Assembly: GCA_002633005.1 (NCBI GenBank)
Contig: NMRA01000405.1
Location: 208,702-272,701 of the forward strand
DNA: 64,000 bases
Direction: 5' to 3'
Source: Phoronis australis
Taxonomy: Eukaryota; Animalia; Phoronida
Below are positions 52,500-64,000 of this stretch, in pieces (positions within the stretch are counted from its first letter, which is position 1; the number at the start of each line of letters is the position of its first letter). The notes beneath the pieces are model-generated. The model was not told the origin of the DNA. It was given only the letters and a program-made list of their open reading frames with translations, and did not search any database. The translations under genes were made by a program, and so were the position numbers.

Positions 52500-53170
52500 A
52501 CTAGCGTTATCATCGTCGTCATTATACCCATTCATGCAAGTGCTTGCCAAAACATTCCGGCATATTTCCCGTAATTTTTGGCGAATTTTTTCATTTGAGT
52601 GAACAAAGATAAAATCCCTCAAATTTTGCGCTCGTGCGATAAACTTGCAAGATTCTGAATCTGAAATTCCGGAAAAATCCGCTGCGAACGAGCCTTGCAT
52701 TATCCTTACATTCTCCTCTAACATTGTCGCTGAAATTAACATTCTCACCCGTACGTTTAACATCGTACCTAACGATTAGCAATAGCTGGCGTAATATTGT
52801 ATCAGTGAATTTTTTAATATTCCTGAACCGCCGTCATCGTGTGTTACAAAACGCACATCTTCATCAAACAAGCAGAAGCGTTGAAAGCAATAAAACACGA
52901 CGTCCCACGCGATACCCAGCATAAGAATGCCTTGCAATCTGTAGGCAAGACTCTAACATGGCAAATACAAGTAGTTATGCATTGCAAAGAGTTTCCCGCC
53001 GTAAAGGGCAAAATTCGCTGGACTCCCAAAATGCCATACCTGCCTTCCGCTAAAAAGCAAGACTTCGAGAGATTAAGTGAGATATTGCCGCGTATTTTAA
53101 GTGAGAACATGTGACTTCACCTAGATTTTAGCTAGGTCCTAGCGTAGGTCCTAGCGTAGGTCCTAGCGAA
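52500..53170. mobile_element. Harbinger-like non-autonomous remnant in a GH3 intron
   Basis: Subterminal (taggtcctagcg)x3 at 53133-53168. 53045-53165 is homologous (inverted) to the MITE at about 59255-59396. Confidence 0.45.
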
Positions 53171-53203
53171 ATCCCCCCCCCCCACCAATCCGTCTGTACT
53201 TAC

Positions 53204-53298
53204 GCGCTCTTTCTGTTCGTCTGACAACTTGACAGAGTCTCCGCTCTTTGAGCACACCTCTACGAATACCACGTAAAATTTGTCGGTGGTGGCACGGT
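53204..53298 (-). CDS. GHDC: GH3 domain-containing protein, exon
   Basis: Acceptor cttctag, donor gtaagt. It encodes (D)RATTDKFYVVFVEV...EQKER, with consistent phases. Confidence 0.88.
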
Positions 53299-54034
53299 CT
53301 AGAAGATAAACAATAAAATTGGGACACAAAGATGCTAATTTCATCAATCAGTAAGAAAAGTAAAATGCGCACAAGGCACTCGTTGTAAGTTCTCTTTTAA
53401 TTACACCAAATACATAAATTTATGTTATTAAGCATTAACGGTCTGTGGAAATTATAACGAGACTGGTGAACTACAGACACCACCATTATTGGTGGCAGCA
53501 AAACAAAGACTACATTGAGGAAAACAAAGGCAGGTACAGGACTGATGTCAAAGGTCAATATAACAATCCAAGCGATAACATTGAATAAACATCACTCGGG
53601 AATGACTCAAATTTTGAATTAAAATTCGTTCATGATTTATTAGAGTTGCATTTCACCTTGTGCAGCTGGAACAAATCGAATTAGGAATGTTACTCTCATA
53701 AAATCGGCTTCGCCATATTGTTCATCGTAATTGGATTCTATTTCCGTTACAGATATTGCGAATACGCGTCACTCTCGACTTCGCAATTTTAGGGTTCGCC
53801 AACCCCATTAAACTCTGAAGCATTTTACTGAGTCGATGATGGTTCCGATGTTCACGTTGCCAACGGAAACAGAATCCTATCTCGGTAAGGCCTGATTTTA
53901 TGTTAGTAAGAGGCCATTTTCGTGTTTTATCCGGCTAAACAGGGCGAAACGTAGAAAGAGAAGACTAGCGTCTGACTATAGCGCCTATTTTTTGCCCCAG
54001 TTGGACTTGGTAATTCCATAGGTCCTTTGTATAC

Positions 54035-54183
54035 CTTCGACTGCGTCCATGTTGACACCTTCGGTGGCAGTATATTCTATGAGAACGACTTGATCTCCCC
54101 ATTCCTTCAATGTGTGCTCGACTGCAGCCAAGAACGCGCTCTCGGGAGTCTTTTCCCAGTGCGCGTTCAACATTTGCCCCAAT
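54035..54183 (-). CDS. GHDC: GH3 domain-containing protein, exon
   Basis: Acceptor tttttag, donor gtatac. It encodes LGQMLNAHWEKTPESAFLAAV...LIEYTATE (GH3 R...L....EK..E motif). Confidence 0.9.
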
Positions 54184-54893
54184 CTAAAAAGTTTCGACAG
54201 CAGTAAGGAATAGTTCATTTTATAACATTACAGTTTCATTGGCAAGTACCGTGTATGCACATATTTAGGCGCATACGCCTATATCAGAAAATGCGTTTTT
54301 TCAAAGAAAGATTTCCCGAAGTGTTTTGCGTATGTGGCTACGCTTCAGTTAGAGACACATGCGACATTTCCTTGTATACGTGCATATGTCTTGGGGTGTT
54401 CTTGTGTGTCTGGTGCATACGAATGAACTTATTAATTCGTAAAAACACTAACATGGATGAATATAATGTAGGACCGTGGGAGCGTGCGATACATTCCGGA
54501 TATAAACGCAGCATGTACAGGTACGGTGAAATTTTGTTCGAGATCTAGCTGAGTCGCGCTTCGTGACAAAACCTTAGTTGCAAAATGCACGTTCAGGACT
54601 AACAAACTCAGTCCTGTGTCGCCATTACCCCCTCGTTGTTACCATGTTTGCCCCAGTCAAGCCGTAACCTACTCTATCGCTACAACTGTTTTTCTTAATG
54701 CCTGGAACGCCCCCTTTCACCGAGATTAGTTATTTCAGATCTAAAACACCGATCATGTAAATTCTATCGCTTTTAGGAACCTTAATGGTAATTGATCTAT
54801 ATCTTACTCGAACTAAATCATCATATAAGCGTATCACACAAAGAAAGACGTACATGTATTCCTAATGCCGTTCGTGTCTCAATTTCCACATAC

Positions 54894-55021
54894 CTGTACA
54901 AAAATCGGTAAACTGGAATCTGTCCTTCAAAACTCTCGATTTTGATCACGTCCCCAATTCTGTAGCGGTAGAACCCAAAAGGGTTCGTTACTACTAGTTC
55001 ATAGTTCTTCCCAACTTCGAC
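54894..55021 (-). CDS. GHDC: GH3 domain-containing protein, exon (motif III)
   Basis: Acceptor ttactag, donor gtatgt. It encodes VEVGKNYELVVTNPFGFYRYRIGDVIKIESFEGQIPVYRFLY. Confidence 0.92.
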
Positions 55022-55615
55022 CTAGTAAAAACAATCGTAAATTAAGTATACTTGGAGGACACGAACAGAAACGAAGTGCAACTTTAAATGTGTGACACTG
55101 TGCCAGAAGCAGTCCTCGCTCCAAAACCTTAGCTTGAATTGCAATGATGAGAACAAAGCTAAGCGCAGGATATAAATGCAGTGTCCAACTAGGGGACAAT
55201 ATATACAGGCTTCCAAGTTCTGAACGTTATAGAACGCACGAGGCGATACATGTGGATAATATATCGAGATTCCAGAAATGCAGACCAATTTAAGAAGGCA
55301 ATTGCGTACCTAACGGTGCTCCCCTCCCCTAAGTTACCACCGATGTCGTACCGCCCCCCCCCCACTGGTCCTCAACAATTTTCGTGCCGCGTCTCCCTTA
55401 TCAAGCACAATTCTTAACGAATCTAATTTTTTATGAGGGCGTCCGATCCACTATGGAAAAGAATCAGTTAAAGGACATTTCATCCAGAGACGATTTTTTG
55501 TAAGAAATTTTGAAATAATTAAGTAAAAAATTCAATGAGATCGATCAGCACAGGGACGCAAGTCTATAAATAATTTGTTTTGTATTGAGCCATGAGCTAT
55601 AGGGAGTTCTCTAAC

Positions 55616-56829
55616 CTGGTGTGCCAGGACAGTTGAAGGACTGTCTGCTTGGAGCTCCTCTTCTGGGATAAATTCATAGAACTGTTTAGTGGGACACAAC
55701 ATGAATCTTGCGTCTGGTTCCTCGGGCCAAATATTTATACCGAAAATCCCCTCCGTGGCAGCGTGCATATTGGTGTATACAAGGACCCCATCCAGGTAAT
55801 GAGATAACGGCTCACGGTAGTTACTGAAGCTCCCCGTCAAGACACACACAACCATCCTCATGTCGGGCCACACACGACGGACAATGCCAAACATCCCCTT
55901 GGAAAACTCCACCCGAAGAAATTCTGCCCTTTCCGGATTCGGTTGTAAATGCAGTTCTAGTTTGCTTCTCAAATCAAGGGGAATATCAAGGTCTCTTTTT
56001 AGGGCACCCATCTCTATATCCGTGCAAATGTCTGACCATTCTGCTTCAAGTTGGCGATAAAATGACAGGGTGGACGGAGCCAAACTATGCGATATGAACG
56101 ACAAGTCGTATTGCAACGAAAAAACACAGGCGATGTAGTAAAACTCGCGTTCTGTGTGGATATCGTACAAAACTTTGGGAAACGATAATAGACAGGGCTG
56201 TAACGATGGAATGCTCTTGGCACCCAGACTTCCGCAATCTATCCCGGTTTTAGTTTTGGAAAGTTTTGGAGCTACGGCCAATAAACCAAGCGGTCGAACC
56301 GTGAAAGACGGTTGATTGGTTTTAGCTATCATCTTGTTGCCTGCCAACGTCACAAGTATCGCGTGGACTTTCAGTAACTGGTTAAATAAGCCCCAGTTGT
56401 ATGGATAAACTTTATTCTTGCCCGAAGTGCCAGAAGTAAAAACGACGAAGTCGACAGGAAATTTTGATTCGTTCAACTGCACGTTGGTTTCCCCGTCGAT
56501 ACGTCGGTCTACGTAGGGTCTGTAATGGTCGTATGTCGTCAGTGGGTGGTTAAGTCTGAACTCGGAGACAGACTTAATCTGGGCTAAATGAAAATCTTCA
56601 GCGTACTTCGTGCAGCCATTTGTCTCCAAACACCACATCAACATTTTCTCTTGTTCTTTGATAAAATTCGAGGTGAACTTCTCAAGTGACATAAGCTTTA
56701 TCAAAACTCCCGGAACATAAACTCTCCAAAGCGAAAACAGGCGCCACGCTGTGCAGTGGTTACACGGCTTTCTTCTTGATATGTCTAAACAAATCAGCGA
56801 AGTTACCATAAGCACAAGACTCGTAGCCA
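55616..56829 (-). CDS. GHDC: GH3 domain-containing protein (GHDC-like acyl-amido synthetase fold), large exon
   Basis: PLTTYDHYRPYV, P-loop TSGTSGKNK, PNPERA, HAATEG and FYEFIP, ending at the donor CAG|gttaga (55616). The 5' edge is either the acceptor gtttcag at 56830 with an unidentified upstream exon, or the ATG at 56809. Confidence 0.92.
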
Positions 56830-57539
56830 CTGAAACCAAACAAAAATATTCATGTTTTTTATTTTATTGACAAGAACAAATTCACGCGTTACGCTTCCAG
56901 AGCCTGATATATAGGCCTAGTTACATTTTAGAAGCTACCTGGACTTTTTGATATGACAATTTGTTGGTGTCTAAGGAAATAAATGTGCACCGGAGGTCAG
57001 AAAAACATGCAACCTCAAACAATCGTGTCTGGGCGTAGGCCGGCCCATGCAGCTTCATTTGAAGCAGCACCTCAAACCGGGATCAGGGGCATGCGACTAA
57101 CACAAACTACTTGAGCAAAAACCAACTAGGAGGAAGTGAGTAAAATTTAACTTTTCATGGTATCAAAACATTGTGCATGCGCCTGTATGAGAAACACTTG
57201 AGTAAATTAAAAAATCGCCCATTACATCGAATGGAGGCTTGTAAGACTCTGACATGCACGCAAATACGGTAAGACAAAACAAGTCTATGTACTCCAACGT
57301 TACTAGGCAACAGATGTAGAGAACTAAAGGTATTAAACTCGTCTTACTTAAGACCTTGAATTACTTCAGGTCGGAGACAAGTGCAGAAGGCAGTGGGAAA
57401 TTACACAAATTTCCCCTTGAGATAATGTAATGTTTATTAAGTTAATGTACAGAGAAGCCTGACGAATGCGGTACGCAGTCCGAGAGGGGGTGGGTACTCA
57501 GGTAAAAGACGATCGGGGATCAGAAATGCAGAGGGGTGA

Positions 57540-58071
57540 CTGCGGTCTCGATCTTGATCGATACGCGGAATGATGTCAATTAGGATATTACTTCATCTAC
57601 GCCAATAGAGGTACGTTCTGTATTTATCCCATACGCTTCGAATTCCTAAGTTTCTTTCATTTTTTGCGGCAAATCTTTTAAATATTTCAACCAGACTGTA
57701 GACGTGGCGGGTCACATCCTATACGTATGTACTTGCCCGTTAGGTTACACGTTTTCTCTGGTAAAAGAAGCAGTTTTAACTGTAACGATTTATTACTTGA
57801 AAAGAGATAACAAAGATGAAAACAACGATAATTGTGCATTGAACTTGTGAAATTCCTGAAAATAATTAAATAACAACAATATTTGATATTGTATTTACCG
57901 AGGAATCGGCGCATGAGTTGCGGCCGATATGATATTTAGCAATTCAAAACTGATACAGAAGTGTCATATAATTAACAGTTTTGTTCCAGATTTTACATTT
58001 GGGACCTCATTGCGTGTTAAATGTTATTTATACTGTTGCAATTGTATTACTATAAACTATTTTGGGAAAGT
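57540..58071 (-). mobile_element. Crypton-like element, left part (continues at 63706-63886)
   Basis: Colinear with 33309-33715; interrupted at TTAA by the 58076-63701 element. Confidence 0.65.
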
Positions 58072-59954
58072 TTAAAGGAGAATGCCACACGATTTAATTA
58101 TTTTTTTTACCGTCTTAATCGGTCTATATCCACATCGCCTCGCATACGGTCGACCTCACCGTGCCGAGATGTGTCACGTTAACCTGTGAGGAAGGTGAGA
58201 AACGACGCAGCGACGTCAGTGGTTCATTTGCAAAGTGAATGCCGTCATGTTGTGGTGCATCGTTCCCGCTTGTCCAAAGTAGGCAGCTGCGAGGAAACTG
58301 GGTATATCGTTTGTTTCGACTTCCTCGAGAGTTCTAAATGCTTAGGAAGTGGCTCGCGATAGTGAAGAATGAAAAGTACGCAGTTAATATTAAGTATGAG
58401 ACCGAGATACATCTCCGCTGGTGTCTGTGGCCGGCAGTCGTCGACAGTGAGTCTGACGAATGCCGGCTTACCAAAGAACTATCCATACTTCCCGTTGTGC
58501 ATGTTCACGGCGCCTCTCTAGTATTTCTCGATCACTGTATTTCTGTTTGAACTGATAGCCTGTGAAACTTAACGGTCCACCTTCGAAATCTTCGTCGGAT
58601 GAGTTCTCGCCAGAAGTCGGGATTGCCAGTTGCCCTGTTTACGTTTATTTTTCTACGTTCTGTTTCAAAATTAATTATTCACACCCTAACCAACGCTTAT
58701 ATAAACTGAAACAAAGCCTGTGTCATTAGATGCAATTTGTAATGCCTTTGGAGTATTCGTGAGTGCAAATGTTTTGAGAAGCCAGCAGTAAATAAACCAC
58801 TGCGTTACCGACTTCAGATGCAATGAAGGTAATTGACCGGGCATCGAGGCCGTGTGAGCGCATACTAATTCAGTGTTTGCTGACAGAAAGTTGTTGGGAA
58901 AGAATAACTCGATTTTACATGCTATGGTCACATGTTAGGGTAATCATTATTTAGATATACATATACATTATTCACATCATTGCTACTGTACAACTTTTGC
59001 CCTGAAGGTTCTGTAAAAGGACAAGTTGACTGACTTCGGGGCCCCCGACAAGTAATAGACAGGCAGCCCAGAGCACTTAGCATAGATGAACGAGGTACCA
59101 ACATCTGACCACGGGAGCATTTAAAGTCCACCTCAGTATGTACAGAAATGGACGTCTGCCGTTGTCTGCACTCTGGGTGTGACCCCTGGGGGCCTTACAA
59201 AGAGTCCAAAAAATGAGCTGGCACATACATTCGAGGTACCACACGAAACCAGGCGTGCGTTCAGTAGACGCTAGGACCTACGGTAGGACTTAGCTAAAAC
59301 CTAGTCAAAGTCACATGTTCTCATTTAAAATGCACGGCATTATCTCACGTAATCTCGCGAAGTCTTGATTTTTAGCGAGGTCCTAGCGTTACTGACCGGG
59401 AGGCAGGCAATGCTGCAGCGAGACCTCTTGTTACCAAAACACGTCGTTGTTTATACCGGTATTTTTATTTAAATAGCATTGGGACTCCACTTCGTGGCTG
59501 CGCACCAAATTATGGGTGATCTGTATTTTATCACGGAAGACATTATGTCGGCCATCGACAAACGACTCCGCGAAACTACTTGAAAACATTGCAAACACTA
59601 TACACTACACTGAATTTCTACATCATGTAAAGATTTCTTCAAAAACTTACCACTAGGCGAGTTAACTGCCTTACATCTTGACACCCGTCTGCTTTTCGCT
59701 TATAGTGATCATGAGAGTAAACACAGGCTTTAGTGAACGAAAGTTTTCTATAATTTGTTTTTGTTTCCTGCAGTCCCGCTTTTTGCAGTTAACTTATTAA
59801 ATACACCACTTTTGTCACCAATTTAGAATATGTGTACTTCGATTTCCGTGGTGCAATTTTTAACATCTTGTTGTCCAGTTGTTTGGATTTCCCACCCGAG
59901 TACTTGAACAAGCAAGGTAAAGCTGCATGGACAATTGTAGCTCCATTTTTAAAG

Positions 59955-60885
59955 GTCCTTTCTGGGTTTCTGGCCGACTATTTTCAGAGTAAAATTTGTC
60001 TTTCACGGGTCATTGGGTGTTCAGTGCAGCACGATTGTTGGTTTTAAAACAGTTTAAGCTGATACCTTGAAAATCTGACTGTCTCAAAAATGGCATACCG
60101 TGGTTGAGATTTTTGAGGGTTTCTGCCAGGCACAATCCAGAGTGTATTTTGTCTGCCGGTCATAGGGCATTTAATGACCTGTGACATGTATTGAATCTCA
60201 TGTAATTGCTTTTGTGGTACCTCGAATGTATGTGCTAACTCATTTTTATGGGGTCTTTTTTGGTTTCTGCTGGACCCATTCCAGAGTGCAATTTGTCTGT
60301 CATGGGTCATTCAATGTTCAGTGTGGTGTTATTGTTCGTTTTAAATCAGTTTTGACCGCTACCTCGAAAATCTAGTCTAGATAAAAATTTTGATGGCATA
60401 CCGTGGTTAAGATTTTTGGGGGTTTCTGCCGAGCACAATCCAGAGTGTATTTTGTCTGTCATAGGGCTTTTAGTGATCTGTGACATGTATTGAACCATAT
60501 GGAATTGGTTTTGTGTGGTACCTCGAATGTATGTGCTAGCTCATTTTGGGGGGTCCTTTTCTGGTTTTTGCCGGACCCATTCCAGAGTGCAGTTTGTCTG
60601 TCATGGGTCATTTGGTGTTCAGTGCGGTACTATTGTTCGTTTAAAATCTGTTTTGGCCGGTACCTCGAAAATCTAATCTAGCTCAAATTTTTGATGGCAT
60701 ACCACGGTTGAGATTTTTGGGGGTTTCTGCCGGGCACAACCCAGAGTGTATTTCGTCTGCCTTTGTCATAGGGGTTTTAGTGATCTGTGACATGTATTGA
60801 ACCATATGGAATTGGTTTTGTGTGGTACCTCGAATGTATGTGCTAGCTCATTTTGGGGGTCCTTTTTTGGTTTCTGCCGGACCCA
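59955..60885. repeat. ~303-bp tandem repeat (about 3 units) with an inverted partial unit at 59200-59250
   Basis: atggcatacc(g/a)(t/c)ggtt(g/a)agattttt recurs at about 60090, 60393 and 60694. gtggtacctcgaatgtatgtgcta recurs three times and is inverted at about 59215-59240. Confidence 0.85.
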
Positions 60886-61699
60886 ACTGAAAAAAATCGC
60901 AAGTCTGAAAGTACAACACACAGCTATCTTTTATGTCTCTATTTTACGGAAGAATGATTCGAATTTATCACCAAACAGATCCAAACTCCCGCGATCAACC
61001 ATGATAAATTGGCCTACCGAACCTAGGAGTCGTACACTCCTTGACAGAACTCTGTAGCCTACCGTACGTTGAAATACCTATAAATCCGTAACAGTGAAAT
61101 AATACAACACGTTTGTTCAAGAACTTGATGTATTTGTAAGGGTTTTACATCGAAATTTGGTGATTTATTGGTGTAAAACGATGCATTCAAGCGATAAGTT
61201 GACATCAATAACCGTGTTGTGAACGGCTGAACAGACTGCGTTCGAACCAATTACGTCATTGGTTAATGTCAACTTCTCCGTCTGCCGTCAGGTGTCAGGT
61301 GAAACAACTGAACTTGCTGATATCGAGTGGAACTACTCGATCTAAATTGACTTAGTGGCGGATCTACGGGGGGGGGGGGGTTCAGGGGATTTAATCCCCC
61401 CCTTGCACCAGGACCCAAAAATAAAAAAAAACGTCTCCAACAAAACAAAAACGGCCCCGCTAGCGTGTGTAAGCCCCAAGTAAACCAACTTGGAAAAAAT
61501 TGAGGGGGGTTCACTCTGAAAATATGATTTTTTGCATTGTGAATTGCTGAGTCTTCGTGGCTCATCGGCAAAACGCGCGGAGATCAGTTGTGTGCGCGCT
61601 TCCGTCGACACTTCTGAAGTAGCCATGCATTTTAGATGTATCCACCGCTGAAAGAGCAGTTCTATAGCTGATTTCTTTAGGTAACTAGCTTCTTTACTC

Positions 61700-62620
61700 T
61701 AAGATATGTTTTGATTTGATTAGGGCAAATACTGTGGTGCCGCAACGCTGATATTCAGGCAAATTGACGAGCAACATTTTTACCTCATCTGTCATGCCGT
61801 ATTACACTCCACACGTTTGTAACTGATGTAAAGTTGTCTTGCGCAATATCATACTGTGTACATGTACATGCAATATTTTTGAAAAAAAATCTTTTCCGAA
61901 GATTTGCTATAGTGGCGGGCGCCGTGGTCTGGTCGCGAGTCCGTTTGAAGATACACTCTAGCAAGTTATGTCTATACAAGGAATGACCAAGGGGGCACTC
62001 ACATTGACAAAGAGACCGCATTCGCGAACAGTGTACATGTACAGTACCAGAAATTGCGGGGAGGCTGTTCTTTCACAACAAAGTCTTACGGGATTCGTGC
62101 GATGTTCAATAGGCCTATGGAGTCCTAGTTCCGACCTCAACACCTACCGTCTTTCTACCTCCAATAAGCACACTGCTGTGTTTTATACTGGGAATTTCCG
62201 CAAAAAGACCCACCCGATGAAACGCTCATGCCCATGGGCATTTATTTGATGTTTGTACTTCGGGTTTCAAGCGTTCAGACATTGGGACGTTTATTTAGAA
62301 AATTGCAAGAGATGCAAATAGGTCCTGGGATACATCGTCAAAGTTTGAAACAGTCCATGATGAACGGAACAAATTTAGTTGCGCATGTAAGTCTTTTGAA
62401 TGGACTTGGCAACAAGGGTCTTAGTGCCAAGTGAGCTGCGAAACGAGATGCTGACATTGCAGAGGCTTACAAGCTCATTGACACAGCAGTTGACGAAGTG
62501 CCAGCGTTGGGAACAATCATCGAAGATATCTGGGTAGAATGGTTCCTAGAGGAGCAAACCATTGGATCTGATATACAGATTCCTCGGCAGTCTAGACAAC
62601 AGAAGGATAGGACTAACGTA
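61700..62620 (+). mobile_element. Decayed hAT-type transposase fragment
   Basis: GKYCGAATLI ... and KGLSAK*AAKRDADIAEAYKLIDTAVDEV...DIWVEWF...IQIPRQSRQQ.DRTNV match the C-terminal half of hAT (PRKRIR/ZMYM1-like) transposases. Confidence 0.6.
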
Positions 62621-62679
62621 TGAGTAACCACTGGGGATTAAAAAGTGTCTAGAGAGAAGTTTTCAATTCAAAATTTTTT

Positions 62680-63005
62680 TAGGTCTCGCGACGGACCAGG
62701 CCAGCTTGATTTGTGTAGATGTTGAGTTTTAGTGTACTTCTCGTCCCTCGGCGAACTAGTCTTGTGATGTTTTACCAATGTGTGCTTTGTAAAACTATTC
62801 CAGCCAGTACTGTTTGGTCCCGCGACAGATCGACTATTTTTATAGAGATAATAAGCACAGGTGTACTCTTGGTCTCGTGACGGACCAGGTCAGCCTTTTT
62901 GTGTACTCTCAGTGTACATCTGGTCCCTCTGCAAACTAGTCCAGTAGGGCCTATATCTTTTCACCACTGTGCACAGGATGTTTTGGTTTCGTGAAACTGT
63001 TTTCA
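62680..63005. repeat. ~190-bp degenerate tandem duplication
   Basis: ggtctcgcgacggaccaggccagc (62682) against ggtctcgtgacggaccaggtcagc (62871), with matching downstream tccctc(g/t)gc(g/a)aactagtc. Confidence 0.65.
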
Positions 63006-63705
63006 GATGATTTGTTTCCTGATACATTTGATCTTTTTCAATTGTTGTCAACGTGATTCTTTACTATTTATTGTCGCTTTCAATAATAGACTATGAGCTG
63101 AGAGCACCATCGTTCGCCACTAAGTTTTCCTCGTAACGAGACAGAACACATGTTTATTTCCGGACTAACAGTACAGGTATTCGTTGTTAAACAACTTGAG
63201 GCTGCTGTTTCGCGATCATCTGCTATTCAAGTTTTTACGCCCCGTCGATGCTCCTTATGCTCTTGAATATTTGGAAGTTGTCTAAACCCCTGTATACACA
63301 CCACACTTTTTCGTATACAACTTTTCGTATGCAAAAAAGGTGTGTGTAAGCAGATGTGCCAACAAAAATTTTTGCTGGTGGCGTGACTCATACCCAGATG
63401 TGCACAATATGGTTTCACGAAACTTATAAGCCAAGTTCATGTGACGAAATCGTGAAGGGTTTTTAACTGTCTTAAGAAAAACTCCAGAGACATGTTAAGT
63501 GCCAGAAACTTACCACGATGCATGGAAATTTCNACAAAAGTGCAATAAATAAACGCAAACGCGCAATTCACAATGGTGCGCCCGTTTTTTTTTTAGTCTG
63601 TCCGCTCTTTTGTTAGCAAAAGGTCCATAACGTCAGGAATTCGAGCTCCCCCATTTTGAAGGCTGGTTGAAGTAGGTTGTTTTTTGGGTGGCCATTCTCC
63701 TTTAT

Positions 63706-63886
63706 GATCGCACCGGCTAACGACGTCGAGTCGACATTGACGTCAGAGGGCACTGTTGAAGTAGTCCGGAAAACAATATCACTAGTGGCTGGAAGAGATA
63801 ACCCCTGCTAGTGGTTAACAATATCACATGACCGTATTGCACCATGGACATTGCAATAGGCTGATTCAACGCGTATGGGATAAATA
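63706..63886 (-). mobile_element. Crypton-like element, right part
   Basis: gatcgcaccggctaacgacgtcgag...gattcaacgcgtatgggataaat is colinear with 33720-33873. Confidence 0.7.
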
Positions 63887-64000
63887 ACGATTACGGTCGC
63901 AAAACACGAGGTCCGCTAGGTCGTAACTACGAGCGTAACCGACAGCCGCCGCCGGTCTCAGTGCTCTCCGGTTTCAGATAAACAATCGAGCTGCTCCGGT

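Larger units (their letters stand above)
58076..63701 (+). mobile_element. 5.6-kb Kolobok-type element with THAP remnant and nested debris
   Basis: TTAA|aggagaatgccac ... gtggccattctcct|TTAT. THAP remnant at 58246-58420 (CIVPACP...MLRKWLAIVK), homologous to 11671-12034. The flanks rejoin to match the empty site at about 33715. Confidence 0.8.

Noticed and set aside
55532-55615. C-terminal extension of the 435-aa GH3 ORF (VRELPIAHG...)
   Set aside because: It is intron read-through past the CAG|gt donor; the real frame continues in the exon at 55021.

Overview
AT-rich, repeat-dense eukaryotic DNA with spliceosomal introns, most likely from a marine invertebrate animal (inferred from the repeat and gene repertoire), with one 634-N assembly gap. 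I can reconstruct three host genes by hand: (1) a six-exon, minus-strand class I SAM-dependent methyltransferase (28229 to 14537; the last exon was not found in the window); (2) an intronless ACP7-like purple acid phosphatase (45308-46744, +); (3) a five-exon GH3-domain (GHDC-like) gene (56829 to 52262, -). The rest is a nested stack of mostly decayed mobile elements: two Penelope-like retroelements with hammerhead-ribozyme motifs, several TTAA-flanked Kolobok-type TIR elements (THAP or P2X7-ballast/KolX-like cargo), Harbinger, Academ, hAT, Crypton-like, CR1/L2 and Gypsy remnants, a tandem array of Helentron-associated (HINE-like) elements, a tRNA-derived SINE and 5-bp-TSD MITEs. The most unusual signal is at about 34.3-36.1 kb. 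There, a decayed non-LTR retrotransposon restriction-like endonuclease (RLE) runs in frame into a ubiquitin-specific protease (USP/peptidase C19) domain with Cys, QQD and His boxes. All family assignments come from motif recognition by eye; no searches were run.
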